Below, one piece after another: positions 12,914 through 25,100 of a stretch of 63,956 nucleotides of DNA (within the stretch, counting starts at the first letter, position 1; every line of letters begins with the position of its first letter). Location of the stretch: the NCBI RefSeq assembly GCF_001194135.2, contig NC_068984.1, positions 41,180,982 to 41,244,937 on the forward strand, in the 5' to 3' direction. Below the pieces are notes generated by a model, which was not told where the DNA came from, did no database searches, and saw nothing but the letters and a program-made list of their open reading frames with translations. A program made the translations under genes and the position numbers. The stretch comes from Octopus bimaculoides (lineage: Eukaryota).

Positions 12914-13776
12914 ACACGTGCAGTGACTAAACTATCTAAATTACGCAATGAAAATAACAGTGATGTCTATTTTAAAAGATATATTTACCAAAATTACATA
13001 AAGATATCTTGAAATACTAAAGAGTAAATTTATTCAATAAAATTGCCATTGGCTTCAACCACGGTCTCCAGACGACTTCGGAATCTCCTGCAATTCTTCT
13101 GCGCGGGCTCCTTGGTAAATGCTGCCATAATCCTTGCCTTCAGTTTATATTTGGTGTTACAAGGAGCTTTGTTGGTCTCTCGCTCAACAGCACCCTACTT
13201 ATAATAACCAAGGGGGTTGCAGTATGAGGAGTAAGATGGCCAGATGTTATGAGTGATGTGGTCGCAGAAATTATCTGACAGCCATGCCTGGGTTCTCCTG
13301 CTTGTGTGGCATGGTGCAGAGTCCTGTAGCCAGACATAGGATCTTCCACCAGCCAGCTTCTTGACCTAGGGCAGGACTACCTCCTCCAGGCACTCGATGT
13401 AGGCCTCCGTGTTGAGTCTAAGGCTGTGTGGGAAGATGAGTGGAGACATAACGTCGCTATCACTAGTGATCACTCCAAACACCTTCATAATCCCCGTTAG
13501 ACTCATCCAGCTCTTTCCGAATCCTCTGCACTGTCCTCAGATTGACACCTAAACACTCTGAAATGTTCGTATTGGAGCTTCCGGCGCGAATGCCAAGCCG
13601 TATAGCATGTCGTTTCTAAATTTCTGACAGACTGAATTGCATCATGGTGCTGTTTTCCTCACAGATGGTGCCCAGCTGACCCTACTATACTGTGTAGTTA
13701 ACAAAATCAAGAACAAACAATGCGCATGCACGAAATTAAAAATATAAAATGGCGACAATTTACCAATCGCACCCTG
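12914..13776 (-). mobile_element. Tc1/mariner DD37D (maT-like) transposon, internally deleted
   Basis: TA|CAGGGTGCGATTGGTAAATTGTCGCCAT end at 13776. Minus strand encodes an N-terminal HTH (RHAIRLGIRAGSSNTNISECLGVNLRTVQRIRKELD) joined to the C-terminal catalytic part (LQDSAPCHTSRRTQAWLSDNFCDHITHNIWPSYSSYCNPLGYY...RFRSRLETVVEANGNFIE). There are 37 residues between D2 and the D3 position, where G replaces D. Confidence 0.85.
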
Positions 13777-14775
13777 TATGTATGTGTGTATGTATGTGTG
13801 TGTGTGTGTGTGTGTGTGTATGTATATATATATATATTTATATATATANNNNNNNNNNNNNNNNNNNNNNNNNNNNNNNNNNNNNNNNNNNNNNNNNNNN
13901 NNNNNNNNNNNNNNNNNNNNNNNNNNNNNNNNNNNNNNNNNNNNNNNNNNNNNNNNNNNNNNNNNNNNNNNNNNNNNNNNNNNNNNNNNNNNNNNNNNNN
14001 NNNNNNNNNNNNNNNNNNNNNNNNNNNNNNNNNNNNNNNNNNNNNNNNNNNNNNNNNNNNNNNNNNNNNNNNNNNNNNNNNNNNNNNNNNNNNNNNNNNN
14101 NNNNNNNNNNNNNNNNNNNNNNNNNNNNNNNNNNNNNNNNNNNNNNNNNNNNNNNNNNNNNNNNNNNNNNNNNNNNNNNNNNNNNNNNNNNNNNNNNNNN
14201 NNNNNNNNNNNNNNNNNNNNNNNNNNNNNNNNNNNNNNNNNNNNNNNNNNNNNNNNNNNNNNNNNNNNNNNNNNNNNNNNNNNNNNNNNNNNNNNNNNNN
14301 NNNNNNNNNNNNNNNNNNNNNNNNNNNNNNNNNNNNNNNNNNNNNNNNNNNNNNNNNNATATAATAGCCATCTGTGTATCATTCTTAATGTAATTACATC
14401 ACGAAAGGCAAATTTTCTCCGGCATTCGTCCAAAAATTCTTCCCTTGAAGGGTTAAATGGGATAATAGATTCTTCTGGTGACTACGACATCGACTATGCC
14501 ATTCCATTTTCTGACTTAGGAAGCCAATCCCGGACCCTCTGGCCATAGGGCAAGAATGAAAAACAATTCTAAGAGGTGGGCGCCAGAGTTTGAATTATTT
14601 TTTAAATATACAGTTTATATAGCATATGGGCTGTAGTTGCTTATTTGCATTTCATCGTGAATGTTTTGCTTGCATCTGCTGTAAGTTATTTTACAAACTT
14701 TTCTCTCTGTCGGTCTCGCTTTTTCTTGTTCTTTTTCTCTATCGTTAACTCTTTTTCCATTTCTTTTTCATTTTG

Positions 14776-14844
<69 letters not shown>

Positions 14845-14989
14845 TAAACTAATCTATTTTAATGTCTTTGCTGGAGATTTGACATATATACACATTCAAC
14901 TTTTGAAAAGTTCCATGTGTGATGAGATGAACCGAAACATGTAACACATAACACACGCAGTTTTACAAATATGACTGTACATGAGTGTC

Positions 14990-15412
14990 TATGTAAGTAT
15001 ATGCGTGCGTGCGTGCATCTGTGTGCATACAAACACACAGGCACACATATAACACACACACACGCACACACACTTATGTATGAATGTATGTATGTGTATG
15101 TATGTATTATGTGTGTATTTATATGTGCGTGCGTGTATGTATGTATGCATGCATGTATGTATGTATGTATGTGTGTATATGTATGTATGTATGTATGTGT
15201 ATGCATGCATGTATGTATGTATGTATGTATGTATGTGTATGTACGTATGTATGTATGTGTATGTATGTACGTACGTACGTACGTATGTATGTATGGATGT
15301 GTGTGTATGTATGTACGTATGTATGTATGTATGTATGTATGTATGCATGTATGCACGTACGTATGTATGTATGTATGTATGTATGTATGTATGTATGTAT
15401 GTATGTATGTAT
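14990..15412. repeat. Long (TATG)n/(TG)n microsatellite
   Basis: About 420 bp of tandem repeats; source of the MYVC/HTYI ORFs. Confidence 0.95.
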
Positions 15413-15819
15413 GAAAGCATATTACGCAAGCAGAATCAACTGGTAATAAATCAAAATATAATACGTATATGGGCAAAACTTAACACTTCTGTGAGATGAG
15501 ATGTACACCAAATAATACACATATATTAACTTTGTCAGCAGGAATTCTTAAAGCGATATTTGCTCGACGTAGTTTCGCTCATAAGCACGTGGCTGACATG
15601 AAGCAGATCGCGAAGTATAATAAACATGTAAATTGCCAAATGAATCTCTTTGGTCTTGGAATGCTTAATACTTAAGAATTCAAAATTTTAGGCAATAAAA
15701 TTTCACTTGTGAAAATGGAGATGTATCTATAAGTATTTGTCAAAAACATCGACAATGTACATCTTCAAAATAATCATTGTTCTTGATGGAGCAATCACAA
15801 AATATTTATGATCCTTTAT

Positions 15820-15989
15820 CTTTATCTTTTACTTGTTTCAGTCAATAAACAGACTAAGGCCACAGTACTTACTTTTTAAGCCTAGTAATTATTATATCAG
15901 TTTTCTTTTGCCGAACCGCTAACTTACAGGAACGTAAACACATCCTACTGGTTGTCAAGCAGTGGCGAGGAGACAAATAAAGGCATAAA

Positions 15990-16046
<57 letters not shown>

Positions 16047-17220
16047 TGCCCCAGCATGGCCACAGCCTTATGACTGAACCATATAAAAGAGTAAAAGAAT
16101 ATATGTGTGTGCTTGTGTGTGTGTGTATGTATGTATGTATANNNNNNNNNNNNNNNNNNNNNNNNNNNNNNNNNNNNNNNNNNNNNNNNNNNNNNNNNNN
16201 NNNNNNNNNNNNNNNNNNNNNNNNNNNNNNNNNNNNNNNNNNNNNNNNNNNNNNNNNNNNNNNNNNNNNNNNNNNNNNNNNNNNNNNNNNNNNNNNNNNN
16301 NNNNNNNNNNNNNNNNNNNNNNNNNNNNNNNNNNNNNNNNNNNNNNNNNNNNNNNNNNNNNNNNNNNNNNNNNNNNNNNNNNNNNNNNNNNNNNNNNNNN
16401 NNNNNNNNNNNNNNNNNNNNNNNNNNNNNNNNNNNNNNNNNNNNNNNNNNNNNNNNNNNNNNNNNNNNNNNNNNNNNNNNNNNNNNNNNNNNNNNNNNNN
16501 NNNNNNNNNNNNNNNNNNNNNNNNNNNNNNNNNNNNNNNNNNNNNNNNNNNNNNNNNNNNNNNNNNNNNNNNNNNNNNNNNNNNNNNNNNNNNNNNNNNN
16601 NNNNNNNNNNNNNNNNNNNNNNNNNNNNNNNNNNNNNNNNNNNNNNNNNNNNNNNNNNNNNNNNNNNNNNNNNNNNNNNNNNNNNNNNNNNNNNNNNNNN
16701 NNNNNNNNNNNNNNNNNNNNNNNNNNNNNNNNNNNNNNNNNNNNNNNNNNNNNNNNNNNNNNNNNNNNNNNNNNNNNNNNNNNNNNNNNNNNNNNNNNNN
16801 NNNNNNNNNNNNNNNNNNNNNNNNNNNNNNNNNNNNNNNNNNNNNNNNNNNNNNNNNNNNNNNNNNNNNNNNNNNNNNNNNNNNNNNNNNNNNNNNNNNN
16901 NNNNNNNNNNNNNNNNNNNNNNNNNNNNNNNNNNNNNNNNNNNNNNNNNNNNNNNNNNNNNNNNNNNNNNNNNNNNNNNNNNNNNNNNNNNNNNNNNNNN
17001 NNATATATATATATATATACATGTATGTATGTATGTACGTATATGTATATGTACGACAGGTTTCTTGTTGTTTCCGTCTACAAATCCACTCACAAACCTT
17101 TGGTCGATCCAAGGCTATAGTAGAAGACACTTGCCCAAGGTGTCACACAATACGAATGAACCTGAAACCATGTGGTTGGGAAGCAAGCTACTTACCACAC
17201 GGCCACGCCTGCGCCTACTG
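15820..17220 (-). mobile_element. SINE family B spanning an expanded internal microsatellite and N-gap
   Basis: Tail pieces at 15820-16085 and the head at 17050-17220 are on the same strand, separated by microsatellite and the gap at 16142-17002. Confidence 0.6.
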
Positions 17221-17815
17221 CCAACAGTCTAAGTATTCAGTTGTTTTAATTTTGGCCATCTAACTATTAACTTTTTAAAACTACATTTCATTCGTCCTAG
17301 AATATTATTTACTTTGTCTTTACGCTGTGCTGTAATGGTGCTTTTCGTAGGTGGCGATCTAAATTGTCTGGCAGTAATTAGTAATATATTGTCGTGTGTT
17401 TTAGTGTATTTAATAACCAATAGCATATAAACAACCGGATATGATACTCGATTCTGCTTGGATTTCATTGGGAGTTCTTTGTTATTGTTAAAAATTGAAA
17501 TGGGCGACGAGAAATGAAAATGCAACGAAGATGTTGACACTGGAGATCCCCTGTTTTGAGAAGGATGTACTACAGCTCAAAACTGTGATCACATCTGTTA
17601 CTAATGAGATGCCAATATAAAAATCAAACCTGTTCAGCTGATCCCACTTTTTTGCTTAGTTAAGAGATTGTGAAACAGATAGATGCTTACAAATATCGTG
17701 TGCATTTCATTCAGTTTAATTTACAGTACATGGCTGATTAAAATATTAGAATTAATCTATAGCATCTTTTAGGATACATGTTTATACTATATATATACGT
17801 ATATGTATATGTATA

Positions 17816-17847
<32 letters not shown>

Positions 17848-18527
17848 NNNNNNNNNNNNNNNNNNNNNNNNNNNNNNNNNNNNNNNNNNNNNNNNNNNNN
17901 NNNNNNNNNNNNNNNNNNNNNNNNNNNNNNNNNNNNNNNNNNNNNNNNNNNNNNNNNNNNNNNNNNNNNNNNNNNNNNNNNNNNNNNNNNNNNNNNNNNN
18001 NNNNNNNNNNNNNNNNNNNNNNNNNNNNNNNNNNNNNNNNNNNNNNNNNNNNNNNNNNNNNNNNNNNNNNNNNNNNNNNNNNNNNNNNNNNNNNNNNNNN
18101 NNNNNNNNNNNNNNNNNNNNNNNNNNNNNNNNNNNNNNNNNNNNNNNNNNNNNNNNNNNNNNNNNNNNNNNNNNNNNNNNNNNNNNNNNNNNNNNNNNNN
18201 NNNNNNNNNNNNNNNNNNNNNNNNNNNNNNNNNNNNNNNNNNNNNNNNNNNNNNNNNNNNNNNNNNNNNNNNNNNNNNNNNNNNNNNNNNNNNNNNNNNN
18301 NNNNNNNNNNNNNNNNNNNNNNNNNNNNNNNNNNNNNNNNNNNNNNNNNNNNNNNNNNNNNNNNNNNNNNNNNNNNNNNNNNNNNNNNNNNNNNNNNNNN
18401 NNNNNNNNNNNNNNNNNNNNNNNNNNNNNNNNNNNNNNNNNNNNNNNNNNNNNNNNNNNNNNNNNNNNNNNNNNNNNNNNNNNNNNNNNNNNNNNNNNNN
18501 NNNNNNNNNNNNNNNNNNNNNNNNNNA

Positions 18528-19625
18528 AATATATCCAAATCGAAATTCCATAGCAAGCCTCGGCACAAGTGTAGTCGGTCAGGAAACGCATACAACCAGT
18601 CCCGAAGTGAATGAGAATTAATGTGCTTCTAATATAAGGATAAAATTTTATTTAAAATATATTATAAATGGCCAGCATATGAAAAAAAAAATCCTTTTAA
18701 GGTGAAAATAATACAATCATAAATAAGGGCAAAAAGAGAAAAAAACATTGCCAATATGCTGAAAAATAGACGCTAAATCGTCTAACCATGTAAAATATTT
18801 TCACTTGTATTATTACACAACGTGGCGAAACGAGGAAAGCAAGCTAACAGAAATTCATAAAAATATAGTTATCCCCGTTTTCTTTTCTTTCTTTTTTTTC
18901 GGTTCCGATTTCTGGATTAATCCCAAAAGGATTCTTCCTTCAGTGGCGAGGAACCCAAAACGAAAATAAATGAAATACTAAGACATACTCGCAGAAAAGC
19001 AGATGCAAAGTCATGAATACATTTAAGTACCACAAATATATCCCAAATGGAAATTCCGTAGCAAGACTCGGCACAAGTGTAGTCGGTCAGGAAATGCACA
19101 CAGTCACGAAGTGAATGAGTATTAATATATTTCTAATATAAGGATAACATTTTATTAAAAACAGTTTACCAGTGGCCAGCATATGAGAAATACTTTTTAA
19201 GGTGAAGATTATACAATTAAAAATAAGGGCAAAAAGAACATTTTTCTTTGCCAGTAATGTTGAAAAGTAGACGCTAAATTCTTTTCTACACTAGGCACAA
19301 GGCCCGAAATTTTGGGGTAGGAGCCAGTCGATTAGACCGACCCAGTACACAACTGGTATTTAATTTATCGACCCCAAAAGGATGAAAGGCAAAGTCGACC
19401 TCTGCGTAATTTGAACTCAGAATATAAAGACAGACGAAATACTATTAAGCATTTCACCCGATGTGCTAACGTTTCTGCCAGCTTGCTGCTTTTAAAATAG
19501 ACGCTAAATTGTTTAATCGCATAAAATATTTCCACTTGTATTATTACACCATGTGCCGAAACGAGGAAAGCGAGTTAACAGAAATTCATAAAAATACAGT
19601 TATGCCCATTTTTCATATACTGGCC
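18528..19625. repeat. Local tandem duplication (~500-bp period; ~370 bp alignable)
   Basis: 18528-18890 aligns with 19035-19625 (e.g. ctcggcacaagtgtagtcggtcaggaaa at both); the second copy is interrupted by a SINE. Confidence 0.9.
19281..19493 (-). mobile_element. SINE family A with 13-bp TSD
   Basis: TSD tagacgctaaatt at 19268-19280 and 19498-19510; the paralogous copy at ~18768 shows the empty site. Confidence 0.95.
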
Positions 19626-19679
19626 ACTGATAAAATTGGTTTTTAATAAGAATTTTATTCTTATATTAGAAGTATGTAT

Positions 19680-19905
19680 ATATCATCATCGTTTAATGTC
19701 CGTTTTCCATGCTAGCATGGGTTGGACGGTTCAACCGGGGTCTGGGAAGCCAGGAGGCTGCACCAGGCTCCAGTCCGATCTGGCAGTGTTTCTACAGCTG
19801 GATGCTCTTCCTTACGCCAACCACTCCGTGAGTGTAGTGGGTGCTTTTTACGTGCCACCAGCACAAGGGCCGAGGGAGGCTGGCAACGTCCACGATCGGT
19901 TGGTG

Positions 19906-19907
<2 letters not shown>
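19680..19907 (-). mobile_element. Retroposon 3' end with (GAT)n tail (RTE-related or SINE, tentative)
   Basis: catcatcgtttaatgtccgttttccatgctagcatgggttggacg...ggatgctcttccttacgccaaccac; a tail-first arrangement typical of a minus-strand retroposon end. Confidence 0.5.
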
Positions 19908-19940
<33 letters not shown>

Positions 19941-19989
19941 CATACATANNNNNNNNNNNNNNNNNNNTATATATATATATATATATATA

Positions 19990-20075
19990 TTCTTTTATTT
20001 TTTAATTCTTTTATTCTTTTACTTGTTTCAGTCATTTGACTGCGGCCATGCTGGAGCACTGCCTTTAGTCGAAGA
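19990..20075 (-). mobile_element. SINE family B tail fragment
   Basis: ttttacttgtttcagtcatttgactgcggccatgctggagcactgcctttagtcga. Confidence 0.8.
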
Positions 20076-20139
20076 AATGATGATATATATTTTAACGTGA
20101 CTGTGTTTTCTATATGAATATGTCACAGTCTCACAGTAT

Positions 20140-20335
20140 CAACCGGACCATCAGATGCCTGTTATACATCACTGGTCACAATGCACTTCCAATTTACTGA
20201 ATCGTGCTATTCTTTTCCATCTTGACCCAAATTGCTTAACTAAATCATCTTTCCATTGTCCATGTGGCCTTTTACGATCTCTTGGATACCACTCGTAAGT
20301 TGCAAGGGTCAACCTGTTGTCTATGAACCTTATAC
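20140..20335 (-). mobile_element. RTE-clade LINE 3' fragment
   Basis: Minus-strand translation RFIDNRLTLATYEWYPRDRKRPHGQWKDDLVKQFGSRWKRIAR resembles the RTE ORF C-terminus (D-x-R-W...W-x-P-R-x-x-K-R...W-x-D-D). Confidence 0.7.
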
Positions 20336-20679
20336 AATTTGGAATTAAAAGGAGTTCTGATAATGTAAACATTATCGGTGGCACATGCGTAATGTGTGTG
20401 TTTTCTTTATTTATCAATACACCAATTTACTGTCGGGTAGCGTCCTGGAAAAGGACCCTACATGACATGTATGCATATGTATATATATATGAATATACAT
20501 ATGTAAATATTAATATAACCGTATAATCGCTTACAGTTAAACACACACGCATATAACACACATACATGCCATCACACATACACACATACAGACACAAATA
20601 TCTATGTATTTGTGTACTCACATTCACATACATATATGTATATGTACCTATCTATCTATCAATCTATCTACCTATCTGC

Positions 20680-20740
<61 letters not shown>

Positions 20741-20989
20741 CGTCTGCCTGTCTGTCTGTCTGTCTATCGCTCGAGTTCTCTTGTCTGATAGCTACATGTG
20801 CTTGTGTGTTTGTACGTGTATGTATGTACATTTTTATATATATATACACAGGGTGTTCTGGCTAATTTTGACAATTTGCATAAAACGAAAAGAAAACATA
20901 ATATCCCATCCAAATATAAAAGCATTTTAAAAATTCACAAATATCAATTAGATTATGGTTGGGAGAAAACAAGTTACTCAAAGTAGCCG

Positions 20990-21115
20990 TATCTGCAGTC
21001 CACACAGGTGGCAAAAATGAGTAAACTTGCGATGGACCGGCGTCCTATCCAGGTGGAGAACTTATACGCCATGGCAAACGGGAAACCGACCCTTATGAGT
21101 CGGCATAACTCCAGA
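20990..21115 (+). mobile_element. SINE family D fragment
   Basis: ggcaaaaatgagta...gcgatggaccggcgtcctatccagg...gacccttatgagtcgg matches 24990-25090. Confidence 0.7.
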
Positions 21116-21596
21116 TGTCAACAAACTTTAACTAGGTTGTGTAGCATTGTTTCAACGGGACGTAGTATCGAGTGCATGAAATAAAATTAGTTTTACATTG
21201 TGAGATTTAGTTTCTTGTTTATGGTTGTACTTTAAAGTTTAATTCCCACATCACTCAAGAACTTTCTCACGATTTTATGCAAGACTTTAGCTGTAGTTTT
21301 TGTAACATGAAATAAGCATAAAACTTGTATTTTATTTCATTGTCATATAAGGGTGGAGCAATTGCAGTTTTTTATCAGTGCGTTTCCTTTTGTTCCATGG
21401 AGTTTCAAACCAAGTGTAGTTGTTGACGAACAAATTTCTTTATTAATAAGTTATCCTAAATAATTGCTACTACTACGAATACTTGCATAATAAACGATAA
21501 ATACTGGTAACCGAAGTTTCAATTTTGTGATTTTGGAAAAATGAACTACATTGGTAGTTTGTTGGGAATTTATGCTTATTACACTGTTTATATATT

Positions 21597-21636
<40 letters not shown>

Positions 21637-22588
21637 AACAAAAAGAAAACGAAGAAAAACAACAAGAAAAAACAACAACGCGTGGACGTGGTACATGCAA
21701 AGTATTAGCTCTTCTTCAGAAACAGGAGACAGAGGAAAGTCCAACAGAAAAGAAAGACGGAGGGAAAAAAATCGCCAACGATTTATCTAATANNNNNNNN
21801 NNNNNNNNNNNNNNNNNNNNNNNNNNNNNNNNNNNNNNNNNNNNNNNNNNNNNNNNNNNNNNNNNNNNNNNNNNNNNNNNNNNNNNNNNNNNNNNNNNNN
21901 NNNNNNNNNNNNNNNNNNNNNNNNNNNNNNNNNNNNNNNNNNNNNNNNNNNNNNNNNNNNNNNNNNNNNNNNNNNNNNNNNNNNNNNNNNNNNNNNNNNN
22001 NNNNNNNNNNNNNNNNNNNNNNNNNNNNNNNNNNNNNNNNNNNNNNNNNNNNNNNNNNNNNNNNNNNNNNNNNNNNNNNNNNNNNNNNNNNNNNNNNNNN
22101 NNNNNNNNNNNNNNNNNNNNNNNNNNNNNNNNNNNNNNNNNNNNNNNNNNNNNNNNNNNNNNNNNNNNNNNNNNNNNNNNNNNNNNNNNNNNNNNNNNNN
22201 NNNNNNNNNNNNNNNNNNNNNNNNNNNNNNNNNNNNNNNNNNNNNNNNNNNNNNNNNNNNNNNNNNNNNNNNNNNNNNNNNNNNNNNNNNNNNNNNNNNN
22301 NNNNNNNNNNNNNNNNNNNNNNNNNNNNNNNNNNNNNNNNNNNNNNNNNNNNNNNNNNNNNNNNNNNNNNNNNNNNNNNNNNNNNNNNNNNNNNNNNNNN
22401 NNNNNNNNNNNNNNNNNNNNNNNNNNNNNNNNNNNNNNNNNNNNNNNNNNNNNNNNNNNNNNNNNNNNNNNNNNNNNNNNNNNNNNNNNNNNNNNNNNNN
22501 NNNNNNNNNNNNNNNNNNNNNNNNNNNNNNNNNNNNNNNNNNNNNNNNNNNNNNNNNNNNNNNNNNNNNNNNTATATATATATATATA

Positions 22589-22838
22589 TTTAATACCATA
22601 CCAAAATACGTCAAAACAGAAACGGATCCCATAAAATTCAAATGTTCACTGGACAAATTTCTTCAAAAGATCCCGGACCACCCTCTTACACCCGGATATG
22701 TCTCCAACAATAACAACACTTTGATAGAGTGAGCTATGGTGCCCCATATATGACTAAAAGACTTCACCAGGTGGTGCCATTGAGTTAGACGTGGCCTGGG
22801 CCTATACTGGCCGAAACCTATCAAAGTTATCAAAGTTA
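22589..22838 (+). mobile_element. CR1-group LINE 3' end (ORF2 C-terminus, 3'UTR stem-loop, short tandem tail)
   Basis: 22589-22732 translates FNTIPKYVKTETDPIKFKCSLDKFLQKIPDHPLTPGYVSNNNNTLIE*, the 'FK--LD-FL--IPD-P---GY' pattern. It is followed by the hairpin GGCC-tatact-GGCC and a tatcaaagt x2 tail. Confidence 0.7.
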
Positions 22839-22847
22839 CATATTAGC

Positions 22848-23221
22848 ATGGAGGCACAATAGCCCAGTGGTTAGGGCAGTGGACTCGCGGTCGTAGGATC
22901 GCGGTTTCCATTCCCAGACCAGGCGTTGTGAATGTTTATTGAGCGAAACCATTTAAATCTCTACGAGGCTCCGGCAGGGGGTGGTGGCGAACCCTGCTGT
23001 ACGCTTCCCTCGCTCTTTCTTCCTGTTTCTGTTGTACCTGTATTTCAAAAGGCCAGCCTTGTCACACTCTGTGTCACGCTGAATCTCCCTGAGAACAACA
23101 CATTAAGGGTACACGTGTCTGTGGAGTGCTCAGCCACTTGCACGTTAATTTCACGCGCAGGCTGCTACGTTGATCAGATCAACTGGAACCCTCGTCTTCG
23201 CAACCGACGGAGTGCCACGAT
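22848..23221 (+). mobile_element. SINE family C (tRNA head, ~380 bp) with 8-bp TSD
   Basis: A/B-box-like head ggcacaatagcccagtggttaggg...ggtttccattccc; TSD atattagc at 22840-22847 and 23222-23229. Confidence 0.9.
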
Positions 23222-23660
23222 ATATTAGCTATTTGTTAAATCAATTTTGTGAACTAGTATTTCAGCATTGCTTACTTTGCAAAATAATTATATTTCCATT
23301 GATTCATTTCTCTCATCCTGTTTGAAAATTGAGAATTCGTTAACAAGATTGTTGAAAATTTTATTGTTTTTCATTAGTTGCTCATTGTATAAATGGGAAA
23401 AGTTTTGGAATAATCGAGTTTTACTTAAAAATACTTAGATTGCTCATATTTGCGTCACGTGAATGGATAGCTGTCACCAACAATTTTCGCTTCACTTCAT
23501 TAATGCCACGTAGTCACAATGTAGTCGTTCGACATGCCAGAAGTAGCAGTTATGTACATCTCAATTTACATCCTACCGCTTTAAATAAAGCTGGATACAA
23601 TGAAAGAACTTGATCACCTTGCTATTTGTAAGGTAATAGCGCTCGTATAAATTTATTAAT

Positions 23661-24048
23661 GTGGAGGCGCAATGGCCCAGTGGCTAGGGCAGTGTACTCG
23701 CGGTCATAGGATCGCGGTTTCGATTCCCAGACCGGGTGTTGTGAGTGTTTATTGAGCGAAAACACCTAAAAGCTCCACGAGGCTCCGGCAGGGGATGGTG
23801 GCGAACCCTGCTGTACTCTTTCACCACAACTTTCTCTCACTCTTACTTCCTGTTTCTGTTGTGCCTGTAATTTAAAGGGTCAGCCTTGTCACACTGTGTC
23901 ACGCTGAATATCCCCGAGAACTACGTTAAGGGTACACGTGGCTGTGGAGTGCTCAGCCACTTGCACGTTAATTTCACGAGCAGGCTGTTCCGTTGATCGG
24001 ATCAACTGGAACCCTCAACGTCGTAAGCGACGGAGTGTCAACAACAAC
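23661..24048 (+). mobile_element. SINE family C, full length, (CAA)n tail, 12-bp TSD
   Basis: TSD aaatttattaat at 23649-23660 and 24049-24060; tRNA-like head with ggtttcgattccc B-box. Confidence 0.95.
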
Positions 24049-24589
24049 AAATTTATTAATAAACACGTCACAACAATTCCAGCGAAACATATCTCTAAAG
24101 ACAAAATGAGTTACAAACAGAGCCTCCCCGCTAGTGTTTCAATCCTGAATTCATTTAATTTCTAATATATAGAAATATCATCACAATATATCAATTACTT
24201 ATAAATACTGAAATAATTTGTGTTTAACATTAATTTTCAAATTTTAGATTGAATTTATGAGGGAGGAAATATTTAGACATATGAATATACATGTGTATAA
24301 ATACCCGAAGTATTTGTTCAGTCTATGTAATATAGCCCGGTAGCGCTGTAGTAGCTATTGTAGGATGTAACATGCAATAAACTATCAATAAGGAAGGCAA
24401 TAGTTTTCAATGTGAAGTATAAGTTCGTCGAATTTCACGCTACTGACTTCTTTCAAATCATACATTACTTTTATAAACAGCATTGACAAATTTCTGCATT
24501 AAGCAATTTAATCCTGTAATGATTGTAGAACACCTGCAATTTGTTTTCCCAAAATTGTGTGCTTAGAATACAATATATCTTTAAATAAT

Positions 24590-24845
24590 TTCGGATGGCT
24601 TGTCTGGACCAAACCCACTCTTTCTCTCCCAGCGTTACTATCTTTCATGATATTTTTTAGCTTTTCTATTTGTAACTTGGCATCACAAAAAAGTCGATCA
24701 ATGTACGTCATTCTGGATCATCCAACATGAGATTTTCCATGGCTTGGGATCCACAAAAGGAGCTCATTCATTAATTCAGCTTTGCTTTGACAACAATTGC
24801 CAGTATGTCTTGTCCTCTGCTCTCGAATGGTTGATGATACGTTGG
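24590..24845 (-). mobile_element. RTE-clade LINE 3' fragment
   Basis: Minus-strand RTRHTGNCCQSKAELMNELLLWIPSHGKSHVG*SRMTYIDRLFCDA...MKDSNAGRERV resembles the RTE C-terminus (GH...LLW-P-HG...GRP--TYID-L...M-DR--WR). Confidence 0.75.
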
Positions 24846-24861
24846 GAATATTTACATAAAT

Positions 24862-25100
24862 GGAGGCGCGTGGTTTAGTGGTTAGAGTGTTGGACACATG
24901 ATCGTAAGATTGTGGTTTCGATCCCGGGACCGGATGACGCGTTGTATTCTTGAGCGAAACACTTCATTTCATGTTGCTCCAGTCCATTCAGCTGGCAAAA
25001 ATGAGTAATCCTGCAACAGATCAGCATCCCGTCCAGGTAAGGAATATATACTCCATGGAACCGAGAAACTGACCCTTATGAGTCGGTATCACTCGAGAAG
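24862..25100 (+). mobile_element. SINE family D (tRNA head)
   Basis: ggaggcgcgtggtttagtggttagagtgttggac...ggtttcgatcccggg head with a body distinct from families A-C. Confidence 0.8.

Noticed and set aside
14380-14548. Protein-like open frame …DSSGDYDIDYAIPFSD…
   Set aside because: No visible splice acceptor (a gap lies upstream) and no recognisable homology.
20849-20990. Tc1/mariner TIR start CAGGGTGTT
   Set aside because: Not directly preceded by TA, and there is no second end or transposase remnant.
22848-24935. tRNA genes at the SINE-C/D heads (A/B boxes)
   Set aside because: The heads run into SINE bodies, with TSDs around the SINE-C copies, and no complete cloverleaf or acceptor stem is visible.
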